This document shows, piece after piece, positions 18,341 to 28,800 of a DNA stretch of 32,000 bases. A program made the translations under genes and the position numbers. The notes beneath the pieces are model-generated. The model ran no database searches and had not been told where the DNA came from. It was given only the letters and a program-made list of their open reading frames with translations. The first letter of the stretch is position 1. Each line of letters opens with the position of its first letter. The stretch is taken from contig BBVC01000074.1 in assembly GCA_001192655.1 (NCBI GenBank), positions 3,767-35,766 of the forward strand, in the 5' to 3' direction. Source of the DNA: Caedimonas varicaedens. GTDB lineage: Bacteria > Pseudomonadota > Alphaproteobacteria > Caedimonadales > Caedimonadaceae.

Positions 18341-20083
18341 TTGGATAAAATTATGGATCGAGACGAAAAACGAAATTTATGGATTGCCTGCACTCTTTCT
18401 GCATGTATTTTTTTGGGTTGGAATTATTTTTTCGATCAACCTAAAAAAATTGCTTTACCGAAGGAAACAGCCTCTGTTGCACAGACACTGAATACCCCTT
18501 CTGCCGTAGCGGCTGCAGTTTCCCTGACGCGAGAAGATGCCTTAAAGGAAACGCACCGTATTCGCATTGATACGCCTGAGCTTAAAGGCTCCATCAACTT
18601 GAAAGGTGCAAAAATTGATGATTTAGCGCTCAAAAATTATCACCTCACCGTTGATCCCCAAAGCCCCAATGTAGAATTACTTGAACCCCAAGGGACAAAG
18701 CACGCCTATTACTCAGAATTTGGATGGCTGAGTGAAAAGAAATCTATGAACTTGCCCGATACTTCTACTATCTGGACAGCCAATAATACTCTTTTAACAC
18801 CGACAACACCGGTGACCTTACGATCAGAAAATGCCCAGGGCATTGTCTTCGAAAAAACAATTTCTGTGGATAAAAAGTATCTCTTTACGATTACTCAAAG
18901 GGTTTATAATCATTCTGCGGAAGATCTTCCCCTGCAATGCTATGGACTCATAGGACGGCATGGAACACCCGAAACGCAAGGCTTTTTTATTCTCCATGAA
19001 GGACCTATTGGTTTTTTGAATGATAAGCTGGTCGAAGTAACCTACAAGGATTTGCAGAAATCTCCTGCACTTCAGGATACAGTAGGCGGTTGGCTTGGCA
19101 TGACTGACAAATACTGGTTGACCGCACTGATTCCTGACCAGAAAGAAGGTCTTAAAACAGGGTTTCGTGAAACAGGGGGTGCGGGACAAGAGCATTATCA
19201 AGCTGATTTCATGACAGCGACTCATGTCGTTAAGCCAGGAGAAACTTTTGACCATACAAGTTCTTTCTTTGCAGGCGCTAAAGTTCTTGAAGTTCTTGAT
19301 GGCTATGAAGAAACGTTGGGCGTAAAACATTTCGACAAGGCTGTTGATTTTGGCTGGTTCTATTTCTTGACCAAGCCTATTTTCTATATCCTGACCTGGA
19401 CACATGAGTGGCTTGGCAATTTTGGGCTGGCAATTATGTTGCTCACTGTTCTGCTGAAGCTTGCTTTTTTTCCTCTCGCCAACAAGTCCTATCGTTCGAT
19501 GGGACGGATGAAAAAACTTCAGCCTGAGATGGAAAAGATCCGCGCTCGATATAGTGAGGACAAACTGAAAATGAATCAGGAAGTCATGGAATTGTATAAA
19601 CGCGAAAAAGTAAATCCCATGGCGGGGTGTTTACCTATGTTTGTCCAGATTCCTGTTTTCTTTGCTCTCTATAAGGTGCTGTTCATTTCTATTGAAATGC
19701 GCCAGGCTCCTTTTTATGGCTGGATTCACGATTTATCCGTGCCTGACCCTACGTCGATTTTTAACCTTTTTGGATTGATTCCCTGGACTCCCCCGACTTT
19801 CCTAATGCTTGGCGCCTGGCCTCTTGTGATGGGAATCACGATGTTTGTCCAGCAAAGGCTGAACCCTCCCCCCGCTGACCCTATGCAGGCAAAAGTATTT
19901 GCGCTGATGCCGATCCTTTTTACCTATATGCTTGCATCGTTTCCGGCAGGACTCGTCATCTATTGGACATGGAATAATATCCTGACAATCGCTCAACAAT
20001 GGACGATGATGAGACTGGATGACCAGCGTCCTCAATCTGTAAAATCCGCAAAAAATTTGAAACCCAAGAAAAAAATAAAGTGA
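18341..20083 (+). CDS. yidC: membrane protein insertase YidC
   Basis: 580 aa with an N-terminal TM, a large periplasmic domain and a C-terminal 60-kDa insertase core (LLKLAFFPLANKSYRSMGRMKKLQPEM...GCLPMFVQIPVFFALY). The start is either TTG 18341 or ATG 18353. Confidence 0.95.
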   Translation: MDKIMDRDEKRNLWIACTLSACIFLGWNYFFDQPKKIALPKETASVAQTLNTPSAVAAAVSLTREDALKETHRIRIDTPELKGSINLKGAKIDDLALKNYHLTVDPQSPNVELLEPQGTKHAYYSEFGWLSEKKSMNLPDTSTIWTANNTLLTPTTPVTLRSENAQGIVFEKTISVDKKYLFTITQRVYNHSAEDLPLQCYGLIGRHGTPETQGFFILHEGPIGFLNDKLVEVTYKDLQKSPALQDTVGGWLGMTDKYWLTALIPDQKEGLKTGFRETGGAGQEHYQADFMTATHVVKPGETFDHTSSFFAGAKVLEVLDGYEETLGVKHFDKAVDFGWFYFLTKPIFYILTWTHEWLGNFGLAIMLLTVLLKLAFFPLANKSYRSMGRMKKLQPEMEKIRARYSEDKLKMNQEVMELYKREKVNPMAGCLPMFVQIPVFFALYKVLFISIEMRQAPFYGWIHDLSVPDPTSIFNLFGLIPWTPPTFLMLGAWPLVMGITMFVQQRLNPPPADPMQAKVFALMPILFTYMLASFPAGLVIYWTWNNILTIAQQWTMMRLDDQRPQSVKSAKNLKPKKKIK

Positions 20084-20724
20084 CCGCTGATTACGACATT
20101 CGAAAGCTCTTTTTTGTTTCTCCTCAATTTTTGCTCGGAGTCACAACGTTAAAGGATTTACCCTCTATAGGGCTTCCTGAAATTGCTTTTGCAGGGCGAT
20201 CAAATGTAGGAAAATCCAGTTTGATTAATGCACTGTTCAATCGAAGCGATGTTGCACGAATATCCAATACACCAGGACGAACGCAGCAATTAAATTTTTT
20301 TCAGCTACAGGATTTCTTGATCCTCGTGGATTTGCCTGGATATGGCTATGCACAAGCTTCAAAGAAAATTGTTGATGCCTGGAATAATCTGCTTCGTGCT
20401 TACTTAAAAGGACGCCCAACCCTAAAACGTGTTTATATTTTGATTGATAGCCGCCATGGGCTTAAGGAAAATGACTTAGAAATGATGGAAATGCTTGATA
20501 AGGCTGCTGTCTCTTACCAACTTGTCTTGACAAAAATAGATCAGAGAAGTCGTGTTCCTCTCTCTTCTATTTATGAGGGAATTTCTCGTGATCTTGCCAA
20601 ACGTCCTGCGGCCCACCCTGAACTTTTAGTCACAAGCTCACGAACCAAACAAGGAATAGAAGACGTACAAAAAGCAATCTACACTCTTGCTTTTAACAAG
20701 GAAATTACGAATGATGGATTATAG
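20080..20724 (+). CDS. engB: ribosome biogenesis GTP-binding protein YihA/EngB
   Basis: 214 aa with G1 GRSNVGKSS, G3 DLPGYG and G4 TKID. The GTG start overlaps the yidC stop (GTGA). Confidence 0.9.
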   Translation: MTADYDIRKLFFVSPQFLLGVTTLKDLPSIGLPEIAFAGRSNVGKSSLINALFNRSDVARISNTPGRTQQLNFFQLQDFLILVDLPGYGYAQASKKIVDAWNNLLRAYLKGRPTLKRVYILIDSRHGLKENDLEMMEMLDKAAVSYQLVLTKIDQRSRVPLSSIYEGISRDLAKRPAAHPELLVTSSRTKQGIEDVQKAIYTLAFNKEITNDGL

Positions 20725-20746
20725 AAAACATAAAAGGGGTTCATCG

Positions 20747-21295
20747 GTGAAGTATATTCTTTTTATCTCAAGCGTTGTTTTGAGTTTATGTTGGTCTGCC
20801 ATCGCAAAAGATAAGGAGATTCAAAAAGAAAATTATCCAAAAAAAATAGGAGAATTTGGCGATTGGCGTGCTTTTGTGTCTCAAAAGAATGGCAAGAAAA
20901 TCTGTTATATGGTGAGTTTCCCCACAAAACAAAAGGGGCGCTATAAAAAAAGAGGGAAACCTTATTTTATGGTGACACATCGACCAAAAGACAAAAGCTA
21001 TAATGTTGTCAGCGTCCACGCAGGATACCGATTTTTGAAAGACAGCAAGCCCACAATTATCATAGCCGCAGGCGAAACGGAAAAAGAGTTTGAGCTTTTT
21101 GTAGAAGGTGAATCTGCTTGGGCGCCTTCAGATGACGTTGACCAAGCGCTAACGAAAATGATGACGAAAACAGGTGAAAGTCTAACTGTTAAAGGTGAAT
21201 CATTCAAGGGGTCAAAAATAACGGATACATATTCCCTGAAAGGGTCTCTTTCAGCCTATAAGGTGATTTCTCAGGAATGTGGACTTACTCCCTGA
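20747..21295 (+). CDS. invasion-associated locus B (IalB)-family periplasmic protein
   Basis: The track ORF starts at 20687. I prefer GTG 20747, which has AAGGGG 7 nt upstream, with ATG 20711 as an alternative. It has a signal-peptide-like N-terminus (KYILFISSVVLSLCWSAIA) and an IalB-like core, FGDWRAFVSQKNGKKICYMVSFP. Confidence 0.6.
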   Translation: MKYILFISSVVLSLCWSAIAKDKEIQKENYPKKIGEFGDWRAFVSQKNGKKICYMVSFPTKQKGRYKKRGKPYFMVTHRPKDKSYNVVSVHAGYRFLKDSKPTIIIAAGETEKEFELFVEGESAWAPSDDVDQALTKMMTKTGESLTVKGESFKGSKITDTYSLKGSLSAYKVISQECGLTP

Positions 21296-21313
21296 CAAAA
21301 GAGGAGAGAAAGT

Positions 21314-22312
21314 CTAATTTTTTAAAAAACCCACAAGCTCCTGAATTTCGCTCAAATTTTTTTCTGAAATTTCCTGTGCCTGTTCCTTTCCTTCTCTGAG
21401 ACAAAGATCAAGCATATGGGGGTCTTTAAGAAGCCTTAAAATGTCTTCTCGTATAGGATTTAAGACACTTACAATTAACTCGGTCAGAGCTGGTTTAAAA
21501 ATTGAAAAGGGGGCTTCTGCAAAATCTTTCAAAACATCTGGAACAGTTTTGTTAGCCAACGCACCATAAATTGTCACTAAGTTTTGAGCTTCTGGCCTGT
21601 TTTCAAGCTCTTTGACATCATAAGGCAAAGGGTTAGGGTCTGTTTTGGCTTTACGGATTTTGAGAGCAATTGTCTCTGCATCGTCGAGTAAATGAATGCG
21701 TGAAAAGTCAGACGGATCGGATTTGCTCATTTTTCTTGTCCCATCTCGCAGGCTCATAACACGGGGAGCTGGTCCCTGAATCAGGGGTTCGGGCAAAGGA
21801 AAGTGATCAACATTAAAATATCGATTGAAAGCACCAGCAATATCACGCGTGAGTTCAAGGTGTTGTTTCTGATCCTCTCCTACAGGAACATGAGTTGCCT
21901 TATAGATTAAAACATCCGCCGCCATCAGGACAGGATAGGCATACAGACCCAAACAAGCCTGTTCACGATTCTTTCCTGCCTTATCCTTGAACTGCGTCAT
22001 GCGATTAAGCCACCCAAGAGGTGTAAAACAGCTTAAAATCCAGGAAAGTTCACTATGTGCAGAGACTTGACTTTGTATAAAAAGTGTACTTTTTTTCGGA
22101 TTAATTCCTGAGGCAATAAGACTCGCAACCGCTTCTCGTGTTGCTTGGCGTAAAAGACCGGGATCCTGCGGGATTGTGATAGCGTGCAGGTCGACAATAC
22201 AAAATAAACAATTGTTGTTGTCTTGCATGGGAACCCAGTTTTTTATGGCGCCCAAATAATTTCCCAAGGTTAAATTACCTGAAGGCTGAATACCGGAAAA
22301 AACACGACTCAT
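21314..22312 (-). CDS. trpS: tryptophan--tRNA ligase
   Basis: 332 aa. It has [17 protein letters not shown] (the HIGH-region equivalent) and KMSKS. The start overlaps the murJ stop (ATGA). Confidence 0.95.
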   Translation of the reverse strand: MSRVFSGIQPSGNLTLGNYLGAIKNWVPMQDNNNCLFCIVDLHAITIPQDPGLLRQATREAVASLIASGINPKKSTLFIQSQVSAHSELSWILSCFTPLGWLNRMTQFKDKAGKNREQACLGLYAYPVLMAADVLIYKATHVPVGEDQKQHLELTRDIAGAFNRYFNVDHFPLPEPLIQGPAPRVMSLRDGTRKMSKSDPSDFSRIHLLDDAETIALKIRKAKTDPNPLPYDVKELENRPEAQNLVTIYGALANKTVPDVLKDFAEAPFSIFKPALTELIVSVLNPIREDILRLLKDPHMLDLCLREGKEQAQEISEKNLSEIQELVGFLKN

Positions 22313-23895
22313 ATGGTTACACTTTCTCGCTTGTAAGGTACAACTTTATCTTGGCGGAATTGACGTTGAAAGTCTTTTAAATCGAAAGCGCCTGTTAATT
22401 TGGAAAGGGCAAAAAATCCGAAAATTCCGCCCCCCACTAGAAAGAAAATCATCCCCAACTGTAAAAAGAACGTACCTTCTGCTAATGCGTCTACCGACAC
22501 CTTCCTTAAGAACAGAATTAAAAAAGCCGTTAAAAAACTTGAAAGAGCAATACGTGGTAAAAAACGCCGGAAACGGTTATTAAATTCCAGAACTCCCCGA
22601 CGCCATAAAATAATGCCCAATAAGGCCGCATTCATCCAGGCAGAAACAGCTGTGGCAAGAGCAATGCCAACGTGCTGAAGAGAGTTAAGCAAAGAAAGGC
22701 TAATAGCAATATTCAGGATAACTGAAAATACAGCAATCATGACAGGTGTTTTTGTATCTTCTCGAGCAAAAAAGCTGGTTGTAAAAATTTTAATCAGAAT
22801 ATAGGCAGGAAGCCCTGCGGCCAAAGCCATCAGAGTTCTTGCCGTGGGTAATGTTGAAGCACTATCAAACGCGCGATGTTCATAAATAAGTTTGATCAGA
22901 GGTTCTGCCAAAATGATTAAACCCAATGTCGCGGGGAGAGTGAAAAGGAGTGTGTATTCCAGAGCTAAATTTTGACTTTCCCGTGCTCCCGAAAAATCCT
23001 GGGCGCGAATTTGTTTGGAAAGAAGGGGAAGCAGAGCTGTACCAACGGCTGTTCCCAAAACACTTAGGGGAAGCTGGCTTAAACGATCTGCGTAGTGAAT
23101 ATAAGAAACACCCCCGGTAGGAAGCAAGGATGCAATGAGAGTATCAATAAATATGCTGAGCTGAATAACGCCTGATCCCGCAGCGGCAGGCGCTAGTAAT
23201 TTGAAAAATTTTTTGATTTGAGGCGTCCATCGAAGTTTAATCCAGGACAAAACAATCCCCTGACGCGCAAGCGGAATAATAACCCACAAAAGTTGCACGA
23301 TGCCGCACGCTAAAATTCCAAAGGAAAAAGCATCGCCTATCTCCATATTTGTTCCCCACAACAAACCATAAACAGTCAAAATAATGGCAATATTTCCCAT
23401 CATGGGAGAAGACGCAACTGCCGCAAATTTCTCATAAGAATTCAAAATACCGCTGTAAAGTGCCGTAAGGGAAATCAAAAAAATAAAGGGAAACGTGATA
23501 CGACTGAATTCAATCGCCAGCGCCATCCGCTCAGGCGTTGCTCTAAACCCTGGCACAAAGACAGGCATCAGCGTAGGAAGAAAAAGTTCGATAAGGATCA
23601 CGAGCCCTAGTGAAATCAAGGTAAGAATCGCCAGAATTTCTTCTGCAAGAGATTTTGCCTTGTTTTCTCCTTCTGTCGCAAGGGTTCCTGAAAACAAAGG
23701 CACGAAAGCGGCATTCATGGCGCCTTCCGCTAAAATACGGCGAAAAACAGAGGGAAGCTTAAGAGCAATAATAAAAGCATCAGAAACTGCACCAGCACCC
23801 AATAAAGAAGCCATCAGCATTTCCCGACAAAACCCTGTAACGCGGCTGCCAATGGTGAATCCCCCGACAGTGGCAATAGAGCGTAATAATTTCAT
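22309..23895 (-). CDS. murJ: lipid II flippase MurJ (copy adjacent to trpS, the conserved murJ-trpS arrangement)
   Basis: I prefer ATG 23895 ([66 protein letters not shown]), which matches the MurJ/MviN N-terminus. It is a polytopic membrane protein. Confidence 0.9.
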   Translation of the reverse strand: MKLLRSIATVGGFTIGSRVTGFCREMLMASLLGAGAVSDAFIIALKLPSVFRRILAEGAMNAAFVPLFSGTLATEGENKAKSLAEEILAILTLISLGLVILIELFLPTLMPVFVPGFRATPERMALAIEFSRITFPFIFLISLTALYSGILNSYEKFAAVASSPMMGNIAIILTVYGLLWGTNMEIGDAFSFGILACGIVQLLWVIIPLARQGIVLSWIKLRWTPQIKKFFKLLAPAAAGSGVIQLSIFIDTLIASLLPTGGVSYIHYADRLSQLPLSVLGTAVGTALLPLLSKQIRAQDFSGARESQNLALEYTLLFTLPATLGLIILAEPLIKLIYEHRAFDSASTLPTARTLMALAAGLPAYILIKIFTTSFFAREDTKTPVMIAVFSVILNIAISLSLLNSLQHVGIALATAVSAWMNAALLGIILWRRGVLEFNNRFRRFLPRIALSSFLTAFLILFLRKVSVDALAEGTFFLQLGMIFFLVGGGIFGFFALSKLTGAFDLKDFQRQFRQDKVVPYKRESVTI

Positions 23896-23952
23896 TTTAA
23901 AATAACCTTGCTCTCTATTTATCATTCGATTTTTTGTCTATAGGATATTTTA

Positions 23953-25509
23953 TCAGGTTTGACTAGTCTTTCGTTTCCGTTTTAAAACACTGCCTATATC
24001 ATCATAGACAATCGCGCCAGCCATAAGACTGGTGAGGAAATACATCATTAGCCCCAGAAAAATAGTGGCTGCAAGGGCGCTTGTTTGCAACAGATGAGGC
24101 GTATCATAAGACCAATAGAATTGAATGCCACTGAGAAAACACCCCAGGACGAGGGAAGAAAAAATGATGCGTGGGAATCGGGACTTAAATCGTTGATCTA
24201 AAATTAACTGACGGCGCTTCCTGAGAAAAAAAGCAAGAACAGCCGCATTCAGCCAGGCAGAAATAGCCGTCGCCAAAGCAATTCCCACATGCCTCAAAGG
24301 GCCCATCAGCAACAGATTCAAAATCACATTCAGAACCAGAGCCGCACCCCCTACCTGTGCAGGAGTACGCATGTCATAGTTTGCAAAAAAAGTTGTTGAG
24401 AAGATTTTTATCAATACATAGGCAGGAAGTCCTGAGGCAAAGGCTGTCAGTGTGCGAGCGGTTTCAATAACATCTTTATGATGAAACGCATCACGCTCAA
24501 ATAATGCTGTCATAATCGGCTCAGAGAACGTCATAAGAGCAACAGCCGCAGGCAAGGTAAGAATCAAGGCCATTTCAAGAACCCGATTTTGGGTATGATG
24601 GGCTTTTTCATGGAGATTCTGCTGAAGATGAGAGGATAAAACAGGCAACAATGCCGTGCTTAAAGCAATTCCAATAATACTGAGGGGAAGTTGATTCAGT
24701 CGATCGGCATAGTAAAGATAGGATATCGCACCGGTTGGAAGAAACGAGGCAATGACGATGTCGAATAAAAGGTTGATCTGTACTACACCTGCTCCAATAG
24801 CCCCAGGGATCATTGATCTGAAAAGCTTGCGGACAAGAGGCGTCAGTCGCGGCTTTCTGAACCGCAGTGCAAGCGCCGCACGATGGGATGCCCAAAATAC
24901 CCACAGAAATTGAAGAATACCCGCAACAAGCGCGCTGAAAGATAAAGCATGACCGGCTGATGGAAAATAAGATTTGCTAGAAAGAAGTCCTAAAATCATG
25001 GTGATATTTAATAGCATGGGCGCTGAAGAAGCCGCTGAAAATTTCCCATGCGAGTTTAAAACACCACTGATCAATGCAGCTAATGAAATAAAAAGAATAT
25101 AAGGAAAAGTTGTCCGTGCAAAAACAACAGCCATTTCCAGGCGTTCAGGTGTTGCGCTGAATCCTGGAGCAATAACCTTCATTAAAGTTGGCATGAAGAT
25201 TTCAAAAACCGTCACCAGAATTATCAATATGATCAGCAATACAGCGAAGACCTCTTCCGCTGCCCGTTGGGCTCTTGCAAGCCCTTCACTTGCATAAAGG
25301 CGAGCGTATAGTGGAACAAAAGCCGAACTGAGAACACCTTCTGCGAAAAGCCGACGGAAAAAATTAGGAAGTTTAAAGGCAGCAAAGAAAGCGTCTGCCA
25401 AAGGGCTGGCGCCCAACAAGGAGGCAATCAAAATATCGCGAATAAAGCCTAAAACCCGCGAAAGAGCTGTAAAAAAACCAATCGTAGAAATAGATTTAAT
25501 GAGTTTCAA
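23953..25509 (-). CDS. murJ: second, diverged MurJ/MviN-family flippase paralog
   Basis: The track ORF extends to 25599, but the family-typical N-terminus begins at TTG 25509: (M)KLIKSISTIGFFTALSRVLGFIRDILIASLLGASPLADAFFAAFKLPNFFRRLFAEGVLSSAFVP. By hand alignment, 40 of the first 70 residues are identical to the neighbouring copy. Confidence 0.85.
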   Translation of the reverse strand: MKLIKSISTIGFFTALSRVLGFIRDILIASLLGASPLADAFFAAFKLPNFFRRLFAEGVLSSAFVPLYARLYASEGLARAQRAAEEVFAVLLIILIILVTVFEIFMPTLMKVIAPGFSATPERLEMAVVFARTTFPYILFISLAALISGVLNSHGKFSAASSAPMLLNITMILGLLSSKSYFPSAGHALSFSALVAGILQFLWVFWASHRAALALRFRKPRLTPLVRKLFRSMIPGAIGAGVVQINLLFDIVIASFLPTGAISYLYYADRLNQLPLSIIGIALSTALLPVLSSHLQQNLHEKAHHTQNRVLEMALILTLPAAVALMTFSEPIMTALFERDAFHHKDVIETARTLTAFASGLPAYVLIKIFSTTFFANYDMRTPAQVGGAALVLNVILNLLLMGPLRHVGIALATAISAWLNAAVLAFFLRKRRQLILDQRFKSRFPRIIFSSLVLGCFLSGIQFYWSYDTPHLLQTSALAATIFLGLMMYFLTSLMAGAIVYDDIGSVLKRKRKTSQT

Positions 25510-25652
25510 TGTTTCATGATCTCGCAAACTTCCCAAATAAATATAGATACCATTGGATGAGTCTATTGGGAACCAATAAACGCACCTCACACAGCGCACT
25601 TATTTTTTGATATTTATTGATAAGGTGATATAAGTTAAAAAAACATATGATA

Positions 25653-25702
25653 CAGGTTTGCCAAGGTTGGGGTCGAGGGTTCAAACCCCTTCGCCCGCTC
25701 CA
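25653..25702 (+). pseudogene. isolated 3' half of tRNA-Gly(GCC), from the anticodon loop to CCA; no 5' half present
   Basis: The elements are: anticodon loop TTGCCAA (25658-25664), 3' anticodon stem GGTTG, variable loop GGGTC, T-arm GAGGG-TTCAAAC-CCCTT, 3' acceptor strand CGCCCGC, discriminator T and CCA (25700-25702). This is close to E. coli tRNA-Gly(GCC), ...CTTGCCAAGGTCGGGGTCGCGAGTTCGAGTCTCGTTTCCCGCTCCA. The required 5' acceptor strand GCGGGCG and a D-arm are absent from the upstream AT-rich sequence. Confidence 0.7.
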
Positions 25703-25824
25703 GTAAAATAACTCAAGTAAATTACCAGTTTACTGTTATTTGCCTTTAGTTATCTTGAAGGTAAGATTAAATCAATCCATACTGTTTATTATGATTTTAA
25801 GTATTCTGTTATAGAGACATAAAC

Positions 25825-28800
25825 ATGGGTGACGGGGTGGAATCAGTCAAAAAAAACGGTAAAGATCAATTGCTGGATGAGCTTGTCACCACTGTTTTCA
25901 AGCAAACTCAACCCTCTGAACACCTCCTTGTTGATAAATTTATTCGCCAATTCAGCACAAATCCCACCTATGAAGACTTGCATAAAATTCCTCTTGATCG
26001 CTTGGCCACGGGCTTGTCTGACATGTGGGAATTTATTAAGCATCGCACTCCTGGCGAGCCCAAAGTCAAAGTTTATTACTGGAAACCAGATTTTGAAACA
26101 CCTCTTTCTGACCGCATCATCATTGATATTATTAATGATGACATGTCTTTTCTGGTCGACTCTATTGTAGAAGTACTCCATAAGTATCAGCTCAAATCCC
26201 GTCGTATTATACATCCTGTTCTGAAAATGAAGAGAAATTCAAAAGGGTTTCTTACTCATATTTTTTCCTATGATCAAAAAGATGTCAGGGACGCAACCTT
26301 TGAATCCGTTATCCATTGCGAAATTGTCGAGCATATTTCACCTGATTTAATTTCCGAACTTCAGGACGAAATTCAGAAAGTTTTGACACATGTGCGTTTT
26401 GCAACTCGTGACTGGCAAAAAATGCGAACGCGCACAGATGAAATTATAGAAGAAATAAAGCAAAATTCTGAAGCTGCTAAAAATAGTGAGAGCTTTGAAG
26501 AGACGATTAATTTCCTTGGATGGATGAAAGAAGACCATTTTACTTATTTGGGCTATGGCGTATTCGATTTCACATCAAAGCAGGGGACATTATTGCGGCA
26601 CTTTAATTGTCGTGATCCTCTAGGGATCTTGTTTGATGACGGGTTATGGGATTTAGGCAAGATCTTTAAGGGAATTTCCTTTAACCAACAAACGCGACAC
26701 TATCTCTTTGATCCTCATCCTCTCATTATTAACAAGGCAAGTATTATTTCCCTTGTTCATCGGGGTGTTGCTCTGGATGCTATTGGCATTAAGCGTGTTG
26801 ACTCTCAGGGGAGAATCATAGGTATTCACCTTTTCCTGGGGCTTTTCACATCCGTTGCCTATGACAGCAGCACACGGGATATCCCTCTTTTAAGGCGAAA
26901 AGTTGAACACATATTGGAATATGCAAACCTTTCTCCTAATTGGCATGATGGAAAAAGCCTTATTCATATTTTGGATTCCCTGCCGCGAGATGACCTTTTT
27001 CAGGCTTCTATTCCTGAATTAACAGCCATTGGAATGGCCATTCTGGGACTACAAGAACGGCCGCGCCTGGCTCTTTTTGTGCGACGTGACCAGTTTAACC
27101 GTTTTCTATCTTGCCTTGTCTATGTGCCGCGCGATCGATTTGATTCTGATTTGTGCGAGCGCATGGGAAATATTTTAGTACAGGAACTCAAGGGACGCCT
27201 GAGTGATTATAAGGCTCAATTTGGCTCTCTGGCTCTGGCACGCGTTCATTACATTCTTTATTTTGAAGACAAAGTTGCGGAAGAAATTGAGCCTTACCAT
27301 ATTGAACAAAAGTTGGTTATTGCCGCTCGTTCCTGGTTGGATGATTTTCGCATCCTCTTGCAAGAACGTTACGGAGAATACAAAGGTCCCAGGATTTATA
27401 ACGAATACAGAGAAGCATTTTCAAAAAGCTACCAGGAACATTTCAAGGATCAGGAAATACTTGAAGATATAGAAGTCCTCCAGCGTATTCACATATCTGG
27501 AGAGCTTGAAGCGCGCGTTTATCGGATAAATGATTTTTCTACGTATGAAGAAGAATTAAGATTAAAAGTTTATCACCCCAAAACGGCGATCCCGCTCTCT
27601 GATATTTTACCTATTCTGGAAAATTTAGATCTGAGAGTTATCAAGGAAAACTTTTACAGCATTACACCCAAAATAGTGACAGACTCTTTATGGATTCACG
27701 ACTTTAAAATTGAAAATCGCAGCTCTCAAAATCTTGATCTCATACAAATATCAGAACAATTCCTGGAAGCATTTTACGCCGCACACAAGAAATTCATTGA
27801 GGATGATGGTTTTAACCGCCTGGTCTTAAGAGCAGGACTGACAGCGCGTCAATGTTTGCTTCTGCGTGTATACAGCAAATATCTTAAGCAGCTCCATTTT
27901 CCTTTTAGCCGTGAGTACATAGAGCAAACTTTGTTAAAATATCCGGAAATTACATCCAGGATTGTAACGCTTTTTGAACAAAAGTTTGATCCTGCTATTG
28001 CGATGGATAATGCGCCCTTAAAAGAAACAATCCTTGCAGAACTTGAAAAAGTAGAAAGTCCCGACGAAGACAAGATTCTCAGGCGTTATCTCAATCTTGT
28101 CGTAGCTTCACTGCGAACCAATTATTTCCAACTACAGACAGATGGCTCTTTCAAACCTTATATTTCAATTAAATTTGATTCAACACAAATTGATGATATG
28201 CCTCTTCCTCGCCCCATGTATGAAATTTTTGTCTATTCTACACATTTCGAGGCTATTCATCTGCGAGGCGGAAAAGTAGCTCGCGGCGGTATCCGATGGT
28301 CAGATCGTTTTGAAGATTTTCGGACAGAAATATTAAGTCTTGTTAAAGCGCAAATGGTGAAAAATACCGTTATTGTTCCCGTAGGATCAAAGGGAGGATT
28401 TATTGTCAAATCCCAGCTTGTCAATCCTACCCGTGAAGAAAGTGTAACCGAAGCGATTGAGTGCTATCAAAATTTCATGCGAAGCCTTCTGGATATCACA
28501 GATAATTTAATTAATGGTCGTCTTGTCAAACCCCATGACGTTGTATGTTGGGATGGACAGGATCCTTATCTTGTGGTTGCTGCGGACAAGGGAACTGCAA
28601 CTTTTTCCGATTGTGCAAATGCTATTTCCCGCGAATATAATTTCTGGCTTGACGATGCCTTTGCCTCAGGGGGTTCAGCAGGGTACGACCACAAAAAAAT
28701 TGCTATTACAGCACGGGGAGCTTGGGAATCTGTAAAACGGCATTTTCTTGAAGCAGGGATAGATATTGCAACAACTCTCTTCAAGGTCGTTGGCGTCGGA

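Noticed and set aside
18824-19405. 193-aa minus-strand ORF inside yidC
   Set aside because: It is antisense to a well-supported YidC periplasmic domain. It is Cys- and Phe-rich in a nonsense-like way and has no SD.
23495-23905. 136-aa + strand ORF inside murJ
   Set aside because: It is antisense to a polytopic membrane gene. The Ser/Arg/Ile-rich composition is the expected complement of hydrophobic codons.
25510-25599. N-terminal extension (MRCVRCVYWFPIDSS...) of the second murJ
   Set aside because: The alignment with the neighbouring MurJ, and with E. coli MurJ as I recall its N-terminus, starts at the TTG-encoded (M)KLIKSIS at 25509. The extension has no counterpart.
25640-25824. Acceptor piece of a two-piece (permuted) alphaproteobacterial tmRNA
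   Set aside because: A T-arm plus a 3' acceptor strand without a 5' half is also what a permuted ssrA looks like. However, the segment has a bona fide GCC anticodon loop and a tRNA-Gly-type U73. The 122 nt before gdhB contain no GGGGC-type 5' acceptor strand, pseudoknots or tag ORF, and an alanine-identity G3:U70 pairing partner is absent.
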